Of a DNA stretch of 64,000 nucleotides, positions 53,019 to 61,079 are shown one piece after another. The stretch covers positions 1,604-65,603 of the forward strand of contig DAOUGD010000159.1 of NCBI GenBank assembly GCA_034429475.1, read 5' to 3'. The DNA comes from Anaerolineae bacterium. GTDB taxonomy: Bacteria > Chloroflexota > Anaerolineae > B4-G1 > SLSP01. Numbering within the stretch: the first letter of the stretch is position 1; every line of letters begins with the position of its first letter. A model generated the notes under the pieces. The model did not search any database. It was not told where the DNA came from and was given only the letters and a program-made list of their open reading frames with translations. Position numbers and translations under genes: made by a program.

Positions 53019-53953
53019 CGCAACTCCGCCGCTTCCTCACCCATTGGCAAAATCTGCTGGCCCTCCTGATCATTGGCGGTTACGTATTCGTCGCGCTGGC
53101 CGCGCCGTGGTTAGCCCCCCAGGCAGACCCCGCCCACCCCACCGCAATGCGGCTCTTTCCCGGCGTCCGTCCGTGGGCGTTGCACGTACCGCGCCCGCCC
53201 AGCTCTGCGGCGCTACTCGGCACAACGCCCGGTGGGTGGGACATCTACTACAGCCTGATCTGGGGCATATGGCCGGCGCTGCACTTCGGGCTGCTCACGG
53301 CCGGATTCACGGCGGGATTTGGGGTGATTGTGGGGGCTATCAGCGGGTACGCCGGCGGCGCGGTCAACCGCCTACTGATGCGCGTCACCGACGCCTTTCT
53401 CACCTTCCCGGCCATTGCCGGTATTTTTCTCTTTCGGTACATTCTGACGCCAGCAACCCCGGACGCGCCCCCCAACCTCTTGGAGGCGGTCTGTGATTTC
53501 TTGCAGATCGATCCGGCGATGCTGGCATTGATCGCTTTTTCGTGGATGCCCTACGCGCGGCTCATCCATGCCAACATGCTCACGCTGAAACAAACGGAAT
53601 ACGCGATGGCGGCCAAGACCACCGGGGCGAGACCGCTGCGGATCATCTTCCGTCACTTGCTACCCAACGCCATCGCGCCGGCCATTGTGCTGGCAGCGCG
53701 AGACGTGGGGGGGATGGTCATTCTGGAGGCTGCGTTTACCTTCATTGGGATTGGCGCAGGACTGCCGTGGGGGATACTGTTGGTGACCGGGCGCGACTGG
53801 ATTATCGGCGTTGGCGGCAACCCTTTTACGCACTGGTGGGTCTTCGCGCCGGCGACTCTGGCGCTCATCCTGTTCAGCATCGGGTGGAATTTATTGGGGG
53901 ATGGACTCAATACGTTGTTGAATCCTCATTCGCTCAGACGGCGCAAAGGGTAG
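53015..53953 (+). CDS. Peptide ABC permease (OppC/DppC paralog)
   Basis: EYAMAAKTTGA, RHLLPN, WNLLGDGL; ATGA overlap with the previous gene. Confidence 0.9.
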   Translation: MTQLRRFLTHWQNLLALLIIGGYVFVALAAPWLAPQADPAHPTAMRLFPGVRPWALHVPRPPSSAALLGTTPGGWDIYYSLIWGIWPALHFGLLTAGFTAGFGVIVGAISGYAGGAVNRLLMRVTDAFLTFPAIAGIFLFRYILTPATPDAPPNLLEAVCDFLQIDPAMLALIAFSWMPYARLIHANMLTLKQTEYAMAAKTTGARPLRIIFRHLLPNAIAPAIVLAARDVGGMVILEAAFTFIGIGAGLPWGILLVTGRDWIIGVGGNPFTHWWVFAPATLALILFSIGWNLLGDGLNTLLNPHSLRRRKG

Positions 53954-53965
53954 GCCCTTGCAGAT

Positions 53966-54010
53966 ACGTGAAACGTGATGATTTCACTATAAAAGTCTCA
54001 CGTTTCACGT
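53966..54010. repeat. 13-bp inverted repeat with heptamer-periodic arms
   Basis: ACGTGAAACGTGA-19 nt-TCACGTTTCACGT between convergent genes. Confidence 0.8.
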
Positions 54011-54069
54011 TTTGCTCATACCGCCAATCAACGAAAAATCACTCTTTTTGTCGGCCTAATGCCCCCTCA

Positions 54070-54876
54070 TCATACGCCGGGACGACGCCCACTATAGACG
54101 ATCGTCTGGCTGTCCTTTGTCGCAGGGGCATCGGTGTAGTCGCCATAGGTTATGATGTCCTCAAATCCGGCGCGCTCGAGCATCATGAAAAATTCATAGT
54201 GAAAGTACCACCGCAGGAAATGCGCGTGGACTTCGGAGCGCACACATTTCCCAGCTACATACAGGTCATACCGCCGTTTTGACAGCAGCACTTGCTCGAA
54301 GAGATCCACGGATTCTGACCACAGGGTAGTGACGACCTCCCCTTCTGCCTCTCGACGGGGGATGGGGTCCCAAAGTATCGGATGTTCGACATCCTGACAG
54401 GTCGCCCCTTGCGTAACTTCCGGCGGCACAGCCAGCTCAAGCAGCAATTCGCCGCCGGGAACAAGGTGACGCCAGAACCGCTGTAATGTGGCGAGCGCCT
54501 GGTCTCGATCGGTGATGATCTGGAACGTGCAATTCGCAACGTAGATCGTCCCATACTGGTGAGGGATGTCGCACGCTTCCATCGGTTGGTGGTAAAGCGC
54601 GAGGCGAATTCCCTGCGCTTCTGCCGCTTTCTCGGCAAGGCTCAGGGCGTCGCCCGAAATATCCGCGCCGTGAACCTCCAGGCCGCGCGCAGTCAACGGG
54701 AAAATATGCCGTCCCGTCCCGCAGGCCTGGTCGAGCGTCAGCCCGCCATTGGCGCGGATCCGACGCTCATAGAACGCCAGTTCGTCGGCAGGGACGCCAT
54801 CGTTCATGCAGGCATAGAGCATTTCCGCAGCAAGGCGGTTCCAACCCTGGCTCAAATCGTAAGTTTCTTCGGACAT
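54070..54876 (-). CDS. Class I SAM-dependent methyltransferase
   Basis: LDQACGTGR, HGADIS motifs; start ATG 54876 with GGGGAG SD. Confidence 0.85.
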   Translation of the reverse strand: MSEETYDLSQGWNRLAAEMLYACMNDGVPADELAFYERRIRANGGLTLDQACGTGRHIFPLTARGLEVHGADISGDALSLAEKAAEAQGIRLALYHQPMEACDIPHQYGTIYVANCTFQIITDRDQALATLQRFWRHLVPGGELLLELAVPPEVTQGATCQDVEHPILWDPIPRREAEGEVVTTLWSESVDLFEQVLLSKRRYDLYVAGKCVRSEVHAHFLRWYFHYEFFMMLERAGFEDIITYGDYTDAPATKDSQTIVYSGRRPGV

Positions 54877-54944
54877 AAGGCTTCTCCCCCATAAAACTGG
54901 AATCAATCCCGCTATCTCCTGGATAGCTTTTCCATGTCGGTCTC

Positions 54945-55742
54945 TCATCTCTTTTTGACGGGATACCCTACCAGGTAGGTGAATACGAATAGCGGCGTTC
55001 CCGTGGACGCTTGCCCGGCCTCCCAGGTGTAATCGTTATGGGGGAACGTTCCGATCAACTCCTTCAATTCCTGAACCGAATATACTCTCAGGAGCGATAC
55101 GATCCCATCCCAACACGTCGCCAATGGAACGAGAGGGATGAGATACGTCCAGAAAAAACGGGAGAAGGTGCGCGGTTTGATGAAGGGCGTGACCACGAAG
55201 TAGCCTAACAGAGTCATCAAAGGCGCCAACAACAAAAGGAAAAGCCCCAAGGGAGGCTTCAGGCTGGCGTCGAAAATGCCTATTGCCACCTTTTTCTCAA
55301 CCGCGTCCTGTAAAATGCTCCTGGCTTGTTCGGGCCGGAAATGGTGAAACCCCTCAAAGAGCGTGCGCATCCCCTTCAGGTGCGCAGGGACTTCCATAGC
55401 ATCCACCGGCTCGGCGAGATAGCGGATCCCCTGCCGCGAAGTCTCCGACCACTTTTGAATCGCTGCGGGATCGGGGTATTTGTCGGTGAGGTTGATCTTG
55501 AGCGACAATCCCGCCTGGTTGAATTCCTCCTGCAACCGCACCCACGGCCCGCTGCCGCCAGAACACAAGTCCACAATCTCCATCGTTTGGGCATGATCCA
55601 GCGCCTTTTTGAACAGCGGGATCAGGTGCTTGTGCCCCGATCCAAGCGTCGCCGCAAACTGCAAGTAATCGGTCTGGATGCGCCGAAAGGTCTGCGGATA
55701 CCAGGGCAGGTCCATAAACTCAAACAGGTGAATGTGTCGCAT
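54945..55742 (-). CDS. Putative SAM-dependent methyltransferase-fold protein
   Basis: VDLCSGGSGP, LTDKYP, PVDAM, FHHF; two TMs near the C-terminus. Start ATG 55742. Confidence 0.65.
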   Translation of the reverse strand: MRHIHLFEFMDLPWYPQTFRRIQTDYLQFAATLGSGHKHLIPLFKKALDHAQTMEIVDLCSGGSGPWVRLQEEFNQAGLSLKINLTDKYPDPAAIQKWSETSRQGIRYLAEPVDAMEVPAHLKGMRTLFEGFHHFRPEQARSILQDAVEKKVAIGIFDASLKPPLGLFLLLLAPLMTLLGYFVVTPFIKPRTFSRFFWTYLIPLVPLATCWDGIVSLLRVYSVQELKELIGTFPHNDYTWEAGQASTGTPLFVFTYLVGYPVKKR

Positions 55743-55762
55743 AGTCCACAACCTCGTCGTAA

Positions 55763-56629
55763 CTACTTTGTGCTCCGACACTTTTCCAGACTTTGCTGCA
55801 TTTCCCGGCAGCGGTTGTGCCACAGCACTTCATAGTCCTCCGGCGAGATAATTCTATCTTTCAGGCCGGCAATGGTGAAAATGCCCTCCGTTTTGCACCA
55901 TTCCACGCAGATTCTATAGGCATCCCAATCCAGGTCATCCTCATCCCAGAACACCCTGACCTCTGGAAGTCCGCTCAAGAAGACGGCCAAAGCCCTGGTG
56001 TGACCGTCTGTGAAGATCACGTCGCCATCCAGCGCTTTCACCGGGATGGGATCAAGCGAGTCAGGGTTTGGTGGATCAAATCTCTCCATCACATAAGCCA
56101 GTTTGCCTGAACTGACGAGCAGTTGGCTGGGCTGAATTTCGTCCAGGCTTTTCAGGAATACGCCCAGGTCTTTTTCCATGTGGATGACGGGCAGTGGAAT
56201 CCCATTCAAGTCGTTATCAAGGCGTTTCACAATGGCGTACCCCAACTTTTGATAAAATCCCTGCGCCGATAATCCTGACAACAGAAACACCTTCTTGAGG
56301 CGGCGTTGTCTGGCAGAATCTTCAATAGCGCGCATGAGGCCCTTCCCAACGCCTCTTCTGTGCAACGCCACCTCAACGAAGACATTTCGCACCCGGTCGC
56401 AGTCAAGCGTGGCCGTGCCAACAATCTTATCCCCCACCGTGCTTACCAGCGTTAGTTGTTGCCCGGCCAGTTCGATCAACTTTTCGAGGGTGTACGATGG
56501 GATTAGGGCTTCGATGGCTTCTGGGGAATAATCCTGGCTGTTGACCTGCCGCAAATTCTGGATGATTAATCTGCTCAGGCTCTCAGCGTCTTCAGGCACA
56601 AAGCTTCTTATGATCATGGTCTTGCTCAA
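55763..56629 (-). CDS. GNAT acetyltransferase fused to a ParB/Srx-like domain
   Basis: N-half FVEVALHRRGVGK..FYQKLGY; C-half IQPSQL..IPV..TDGHTRA. Confidence 0.75.
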   Translation of the reverse strand: MSKTMIIRSFVPEDAESLSRLIIQNLRQVNSQDYSPEAIEALIPSYTLEKLIELAGQQLTLVSTVGDKIVGTATLDCDRVRNVFVEVALHRRGVGKGLMRAIEDSARQRRLKKVFLLSGLSAQGFYQKLGYAIVKRLDNDLNGIPLPVIHMEKDLGVFLKSLDEIQPSQLLVSSGKLAYVMERFDPPNPDSLDPIPVKALDGDVIFTDGHTRALAVFLSGLPEVRVFWDEDDLDWDAYRICVEWCKTEGIFTIAGLKDRIISPEDYEVLWHNRCREMQQSLEKCRSTK

Positions 56630-57276
56630 TAGTCAAACAGAGCAACGATTTCACTAGCTAACCCGACACACGCTTTACCACAATCAATAAAGTACTCCAT
56701 ACGATTGGGCACGGGGGCGAGCGCCTTTTTAGCCTGCTTTGTGAGTCGCCACAAGTTTTGGGCAAAACTCCACTTATTTGACCGGGGCATCTTATCCCAG
56801 CGCTCGGCGCCAATCCTATCGGCATACCAGCGCAGATCGTCAATAACGGTAAACAATCGCCGCGCCTCATCCTTGGCGGGCTGTTCGAGCTGTACCAGCG
56901 CGTGATAGGCGGCCTCTAACTGTTCCAACATGGCGGGTACACTGGGACGCGGCTCTGGTTCAACGATGGCGGTAACTCTGCCGAGAATGTCTTGCGCACT
57001 GACCCACCCATTGACTTTGCCCAAGCTGTTGACGATCAAAAACTGATCGCCCTGAATGTCGCCCACCAGATGGAAGATGTCCCCTTTGTGCCATCTGACG
57101 AGCACGCGATCTCCCACCTGGATTTCGCCAGGGTCAGTAATAGGCGACATAGTGAGCGTTTGCCCGTGTTTAATCGCTTCCCGCATCGAGGCCAGGTCGC
57201 CGCCATCGGGTATGGTCCAGGTGAAGGATTTACCTTCTCTGAGAGCTTCAAGCAAAGGGTCTTTGTGTTTAACCAT
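56626..57276 (-). CDS. S24/S26 peptidase-like protein with helical C-terminal extension
   Basis: ASM..IKHGQ, VGDRVLV, FHLV, N..GKVNGW. Confidence 0.55.
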   Translation of the reverse strand: MVKHKDPLLEALREGKSFTWTIPDGGDLASMREAIKHGQTLTMSPITDPGEIQVGDRVLVRWHKGDIFHLVGDIQGDQFLIVNSLGKVNGWVSAQDILGRVTAIVEPEPRPSVPAMLEQLEAAYHALVQLEQPAKDEARRLFTVIDDLRWYADRIGAERWDKMPRSNKWSFAQNLWRLTKQAKKALAPVPNRMEYFIDCGKACVGLASEIVALFDY

Positions 57277-57399
57277 TGACATCCTCTCGGTGCGATTAGG
57301 CCAGTCTGAATTGAATTGCTGCGAGAGTATACCGAGAACCGCAGCCCGAAACGGCAGGGAGGGTCAGATTGTTAGAAATGATCGTTCTGGAGCAAGAAA

Positions 57400-57771
57400 C
57401 TACTTCAAAACATACTGCGCCAGGATTTTTTGAACACCCACAATATCGGTCCCCCGCTTGAATTCACGCTCAATGGGCGTCATATTGCCGGAAATATAAA
57501 TCTTCATTTCAGCATCCATATCAAAGCTGCCGGCCGTTTCTACTGAAAAGTGACTGATAGAGCGATAAGGAATGGAGTGATACTCCGCTTTCTTACCAGT
57601 GAGACCCTGTTTATCCACCAGGATGAGCCGCTTATCCGTGAAAACGAAAAGGTCACGAATAACTCGAAACGCTTTAATTAAGCCCTCGCCTTCAACCAGG
57701 ATGGCATCTAAATCTTTCTGTAGACTCTTGATATCAACCTCTGATGCGTTTCCAAAAAGCCCTTGAAGCAT
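57400..57771 (-). CDS. Bacterial PH-domain protein (bPH_1-like)
   Basis: IRDLFVFTDKRLILVDKQGLTGKK.EYHSIPY..I..FSVETAG.FD.D.E; SD GGAGG. Confidence 0.9.
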   Translation of the reverse strand: MLQGLFGNASEVDIKSLQKDLDAILVEGEGLIKAFRVIRDLFVFTDKRLILVDKQGLTGKKAEYHSIPYRSISHFSVETAGSFDMDAEMKIYISGNMTPIEREFKRGTDIVGVQKILAQYVLK

Positions 57772-57813
57772 AATATCCTCCATTTGCGCGATAGTTTTTA
57801 CCCGGCTAGAGTC

Positions 57814-57842
57814 ATTATATACTCGCCCCCCACCCCCGTCAA
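57814..57842 (-). promoter_or_regulatory. sigma70-type promoter for the PH-domain gene run
   Basis: Minus strand TTGACG-17 nt-TATAAT. Confidence 0.7.
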
Positions 57843-57883
57843 CGCAAGAACCTTGCCTCCCAAATCTAAAATCCAAAATCGCC

Positions 57884-57911
57884 TTGACACTATTCCGCTT
57901 TATGTTAAAAT
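57884..57911 (+). promoter_or_regulatory. tRNA promoter
   Basis: TTGACA-16 nt-TAAAAT with a TGn extension. Confidence 0.75.
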
Positions 57912-57921
57912 CTTTCTTGTT

Positions 57922-57995
57922 GCCCCCATCGTCTAGTCTGGTCAGGACACAGGCCTTTCAAGCCTGGCACATGGGTTCGAATCCCGTTGGGGGCA
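57922..57995 (+). tRNA. tRNA-Glu (anticodon TTC), CCA not encoded
   Basis: GCCCCCA acceptor stem, CAGGC-CTTTCAA-GCCTG anticodon arm, GGTTCGAATCC T-arm. Confidence 0.96.
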
Positions 57996-58004
57996 CACTT
58001 TCTA

Positions 58005-58070
58005 GGGCGGGGCGCGCCCGAAGTCACGCCGGGGGTAGGTCACCTCGGAAGCGGTATCCACCGCCCGCCA
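58005..58070 (+). ncRNA. Candidate tRNA-like cloverleaf RNA (non-canonical)
   Basis: GGGCGG/CCGCCC stem ending GCCA with three internal hairpins; no TTCG T-loop. Confidence 0.35.
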
Positions 58071-58125
58071 CCAAACAACTTTATCCATCCCGGCGCTATG
58101 CCCGTGGAATGTATGTTTAACAGCC

Positions 58126-58154
58126 AACGGCCCGGCCTAGCACCGGGCCGTTTT
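58126..58154 (+). terminator. Intrinsic terminator of the tRNA transcript
   Basis: AACGGCCCGG-CCTAGCA-CCGGGCCGTT-TT. Confidence 0.8.
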
Positions 58155-58176
58155 GCTTGAATGGAGTACCCCTCAA

Positions 58177-59823
58177 ATGGAAAAACTACAGATTATCCCC
58201 CTCGGCGGCTTAGGCGAAGTCGGCAAGAATATGCTGGCCCTGGAATACGGGCGCAACATCCTGGTGGTGGACGCCGGCATTATGTTCCCCGAAAGCGACA
58301 TGCCCGGCGTGGATTACATTATCCCCGATTACAGCTATTTGCGCGGCAAGGAAGACCGGCTGCGCGGCATCGTCATCACGCACGGCCACGAAGACCACAT
58401 CGGCGCGCTGCCTCACTTCTTGCAGGACTTTAACGCGCCGGTGTATGCCACCAAACTCACGCGCGGCCTGATCGAGGTGAAACTGTCCAGCAACCTGCAA
58501 AAGCGCGTCAAGCTACAAACGATGGAACCGGGCGACGTGGTCCATCTCGGTCCATTCGAGGTCGAACCGTACCACGTCTGCCACAGCATCCCCGACTCGG
58601 TGGGCCTGGGCATCACCACGCCCGTCGGCCTGATCGTCCACAGCGGGGATTATAAGCTGGATCACACGCCGGTGGACGGTTGGCCGACCGATCTGGCGAA
58701 GCTGGCGGAATTCAACCAGCGCGGCGTGCTGGCGCTGCTGGCCGACAGCACCAACTCGGTCAACGCCGGCTCCACCCCCTCGGAACGCACGCTGACAACG
58801 GCGTTGGAGGACGTGTTCCGGGGCGCCAAGGGCCGCGTGATTGTCGCTACCTTTGCCTCGCTGATCTCGCGCATCCAGCAAGTGGTGGAAGTTGCGCAGC
58901 GGTTTGGGCGGAAGATCGCCGTCGCCGGTTCAACAATGGTGAAGAATATCAAGATGGCCCGCAAACTGGGCTACCTTGACATCCCTGACGACGCGATTCT
59001 CTCTTTGCAAGACATCAATCGCCTTCAACCGTCCCAGGTTGCCATCCTGGCGACCGGCTCGCAGGGCGAACCCAGCTCTATTCTGGGCCGCCTGGCGCTG
59101 GGACGCCATCCCGCGCTGCGCGTGACGCCGGGGGATACAATTGTGTTATCGTCGCACACCATCCCCGGCAACGAGGAGACGGTCAACGCCGTCATCAACC
59201 GGCTGTTCCAGCGCGGCGCCAACGTGGTCTACCACCCCGTGGCGCCGGTGCATGTCTCCGGCCACGCCAGCCAGGAAGAGCAGAAGATGTTGCTGAGCGT
59301 CGTGCGTCCCAAGTTCTTCGTGCCCGTCCACGGCGAACTGCGCCACCTGAAGCAGCACGCCGTGTTGGCGCAGGAAGTAGGGCTGGCTCGGACGGACATC
59401 GCCGTCGTCGAGAACGGCTACATGCTGCGCTTTTCTGCGGATACGATGGAGATCGGCGAGCGCATCCCCGGCGGGTACGTCTTCGTGGATGGCAATTGGG
59501 TCGGGGACGCGGTCAGCGCGCAAGTGATCCGGGAACGGGATACGATAGCGGCTTCGGGCGTGCTCAGTGTGGTGTTCTGCTACGCGCGCGGCGCGGTCGT
59601 CGGCGCCCCGCACATCACGGCGCGGGGCGTGGCCTCGGGACAGACGATGACGGCCATGACCGACGACGTCGCGCGCCTGGTGCGGCGCACGGTGCAGACC
59701 GCCGGCGCGACCCAACCGCAGGATCAAATGGAAGCCGCCGTGCGGCAAGCCGTTTCCGACTTCTTCTATCAGGAAGCTCGCAACCGTCCCGAAATTCTCG
59801 TGACGGCTCTCCCGATCAGTTGA
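58177..59823 (+). CDS. rnj: Ribonuclease J
   Basis: PLGGLGEVGKNM, ITHGHEDHIG, CHSIPD, TGSQGEP, HVSGHA, PVHGE. Confidence 0.96.
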   Translation: MEKLQIIPLGGLGEVGKNMLALEYGRNILVVDAGIMFPESDMPGVDYIIPDYSYLRGKEDRLRGIVITHGHEDHIGALPHFLQDFNAPVYATKLTRGLIEVKLSSNLQKRVKLQTMEPGDVVHLGPFEVEPYHVCHSIPDSVGLGITTPVGLIVHSGDYKLDHTPVDGWPTDLAKLAEFNQRGVLALLADSTNSVNAGSTPSERTLTTALEDVFRGAKGRVIVATFASLISRIQQVVEVAQRFGRKIAVAGSTMVKNIKMARKLGYLDIPDDAILSLQDINRLQPSQVAILATGSQGEPSSILGRLALGRHPALRVTPGDTIVLSSHTIPGNEETVNAVINRLFQRGANVVYHPVAPVHVSGHASQEEQKMLLSVVRPKFFVPVHGELRHLKQHAVLAQEVGLARTDIAVVENGYMLRFSADTMEIGERIPGGYVFVDGNWVGDAVSAQVIRERDTIAASGVLSVVFCYARGAVVGAPHITARGVASGQTMTAMTDDVARLVRRTVQTAGATQPQDQMEAAVRQAVSDFFYQEARNRPEILVTALPIS

Positions 59824-61016
59824 CCTTGGCGCATATTCTCTTTGCCTACAAGCAATTTCCCGCCCCCTCGGTTGGTCATGCCGGGGGGGAATCGCTTTTT
59901 AAATTGATGGCTGAATGGCGCCGGCGCGGCCACCGGCTGACGTTGGTGGCCCGTATCCTGGACGAGGAACGCGCGCAGTTGCCAGCAGTGGAGGCGCTCT
60001 GCGACGCGATCTACACCGTCTCGCATCATCGCTCCTTACCAGGTCCGCGTCCACTGGCGATGCTGCGCAGTTATGTCGCCTTCCGTCGCATGGCGGCGCG
60101 CGCGCTGCGCGAGACTTCCCCGGATTTCCTCCATGTGGAAACTACCCAGACGGCGGTGGTATTGGCCGGGCTGCGGCTGCCGCCGGCCTCTTTCCGTACT
60201 CAAGACGTGAACTGGTTTCTCCACGAACAGAGCGCAGTTCACGCGCGCGGCTGGGCGCATTGGCTGGCGCAGGGGAAGGCCGCTTTCTTCCACCGGTTTG
60301 AGCCGTGGCTGTGGCGCCGCTACGCCGTGATGCTGGCGATCTCGGAAGGAGATCGCTGCCTGCTTGCGCCGTACTGCGCGCAGCGCCCCCTGCTGATGCT
60401 GCCCCTGACGCCGGCCGTGTTCCCCACCCCGCCGGAGGCGACATCTCCGCCCGCATCCCCCATTGCGCCTGGCCCCAACCTGTTGTTCGTCGGCGCGATG
60501 TCCCGCGATCACAACCTCGCGGGCGTAGGGTGGTTCCTCGACGAAGTGTGGCCCCGCATCCGGGCGGAAGTACCGGACGCGCGCTTCTTCATCGTGGGCG
60601 GCAATCCCCCGGAGACGCTGCGCGCGCGCGCCGATGGGCAGTCCGTGGTCGTTACTGGCTTTGTGGACGACCTGGTGCCCTGGTATCGCGCCGCCGCCGT
60701 CTTCGTGTCGCCGCTGCTGGTGGCCGGCGGCCTGCTGCAAAAGGTAGTGGACGCGATGGCGTTGGGCACGCCCATCGTGGCGACGTCCGTGTGCAATCAC
60801 GGCCTGGGGACGACACCCGGCGTCCACCTGCTGACCGCCGACGCGCCGGAGGACTTCGCCGCCGCCGTCATCCGCCTGCTACGCGACCCGCAGGCGCGCG
60901 CCCGGATCGCCGCCGCCGGTCAGACCTTCATCCAACCCTACTGCGACATTGCCGCCGCCGTGGATGCGTGGGAACAGGCGCTGTTGCGAGTGAGCAATAA
61001 AGCGAGTGAGCGATAA
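59820..61016 (+). CDS. GT4 (GT-B) glycosyltransferase
   Basis: LLFVGAM..N..G..WF, GFVDDL..Y, KVVDAMALGTPIVAT; TTG start overlapping the rnj stop. Confidence 0.88.
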   Translation: MTLAHILFAYKQFPAPSVGHAGGESLFKLMAEWRRRGHRLTLVARILDEERAQLPAVEALCDAIYTVSHHRSLPGPRPLAMLRSYVAFRRMAARALRETSPDFLHVETTQTAVVLAGLRLPPASFRTQDVNWFLHEQSAVHARGWAHWLAQGKAAFFHRFEPWLWRRYAVMLAISEGDRCLLAPYCAQRPLLMLPLTPAVFPTPPEATSPPASPIAPGPNLLFVGAMSRDHNLAGVGWFLDEVWPRIRAEVPDARFFIVGGNPPETLRARADGQSVVVTGFVDDLVPWYRAAAVFVSPLLVAGGLLQKVVDAMALGTPIVATSVCNHGLGTTPGVHLLTADAPEDFAAAVIRLLRDPQARARIAAAGQTFIQPYCDIAAAVDAWEQALLRVSNKASER

Positions 61017-61031
61017 AGCGAGTGAGCGAAG
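60986..61031 (+). repeat. 16-nt tandem repeat (about 2.9 units) spanning the GT4 stop
   Basis: GCGAGTGAGCAATAAA GCGAGTGAGCGATAAA GCGAGTGAGCGAAG. Confidence 0.85.
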
Positions 61032-61079
61032 TATCACTACTCGTGGTATAATGCAACCGAAATACCATAGGGAGTTGCA

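Noticed and set aside
54070-57771. Integron cassette array or tRNA-anchored prophage/island
   Set aside because: Genes overlap or abut with no room for attC sites; no integrase; no duplicated tRNA 3' end seen.
58005-58073. Canonical tRNA, tRNA-Sec/Pyl, SRP RNA or tmRNA
   Set aside because: Lacks the T-loop TTCG and D-loop GG, the SRP GNRA/AGCA loop and tmRNA ends; kept only as a tRNA-like candidate.
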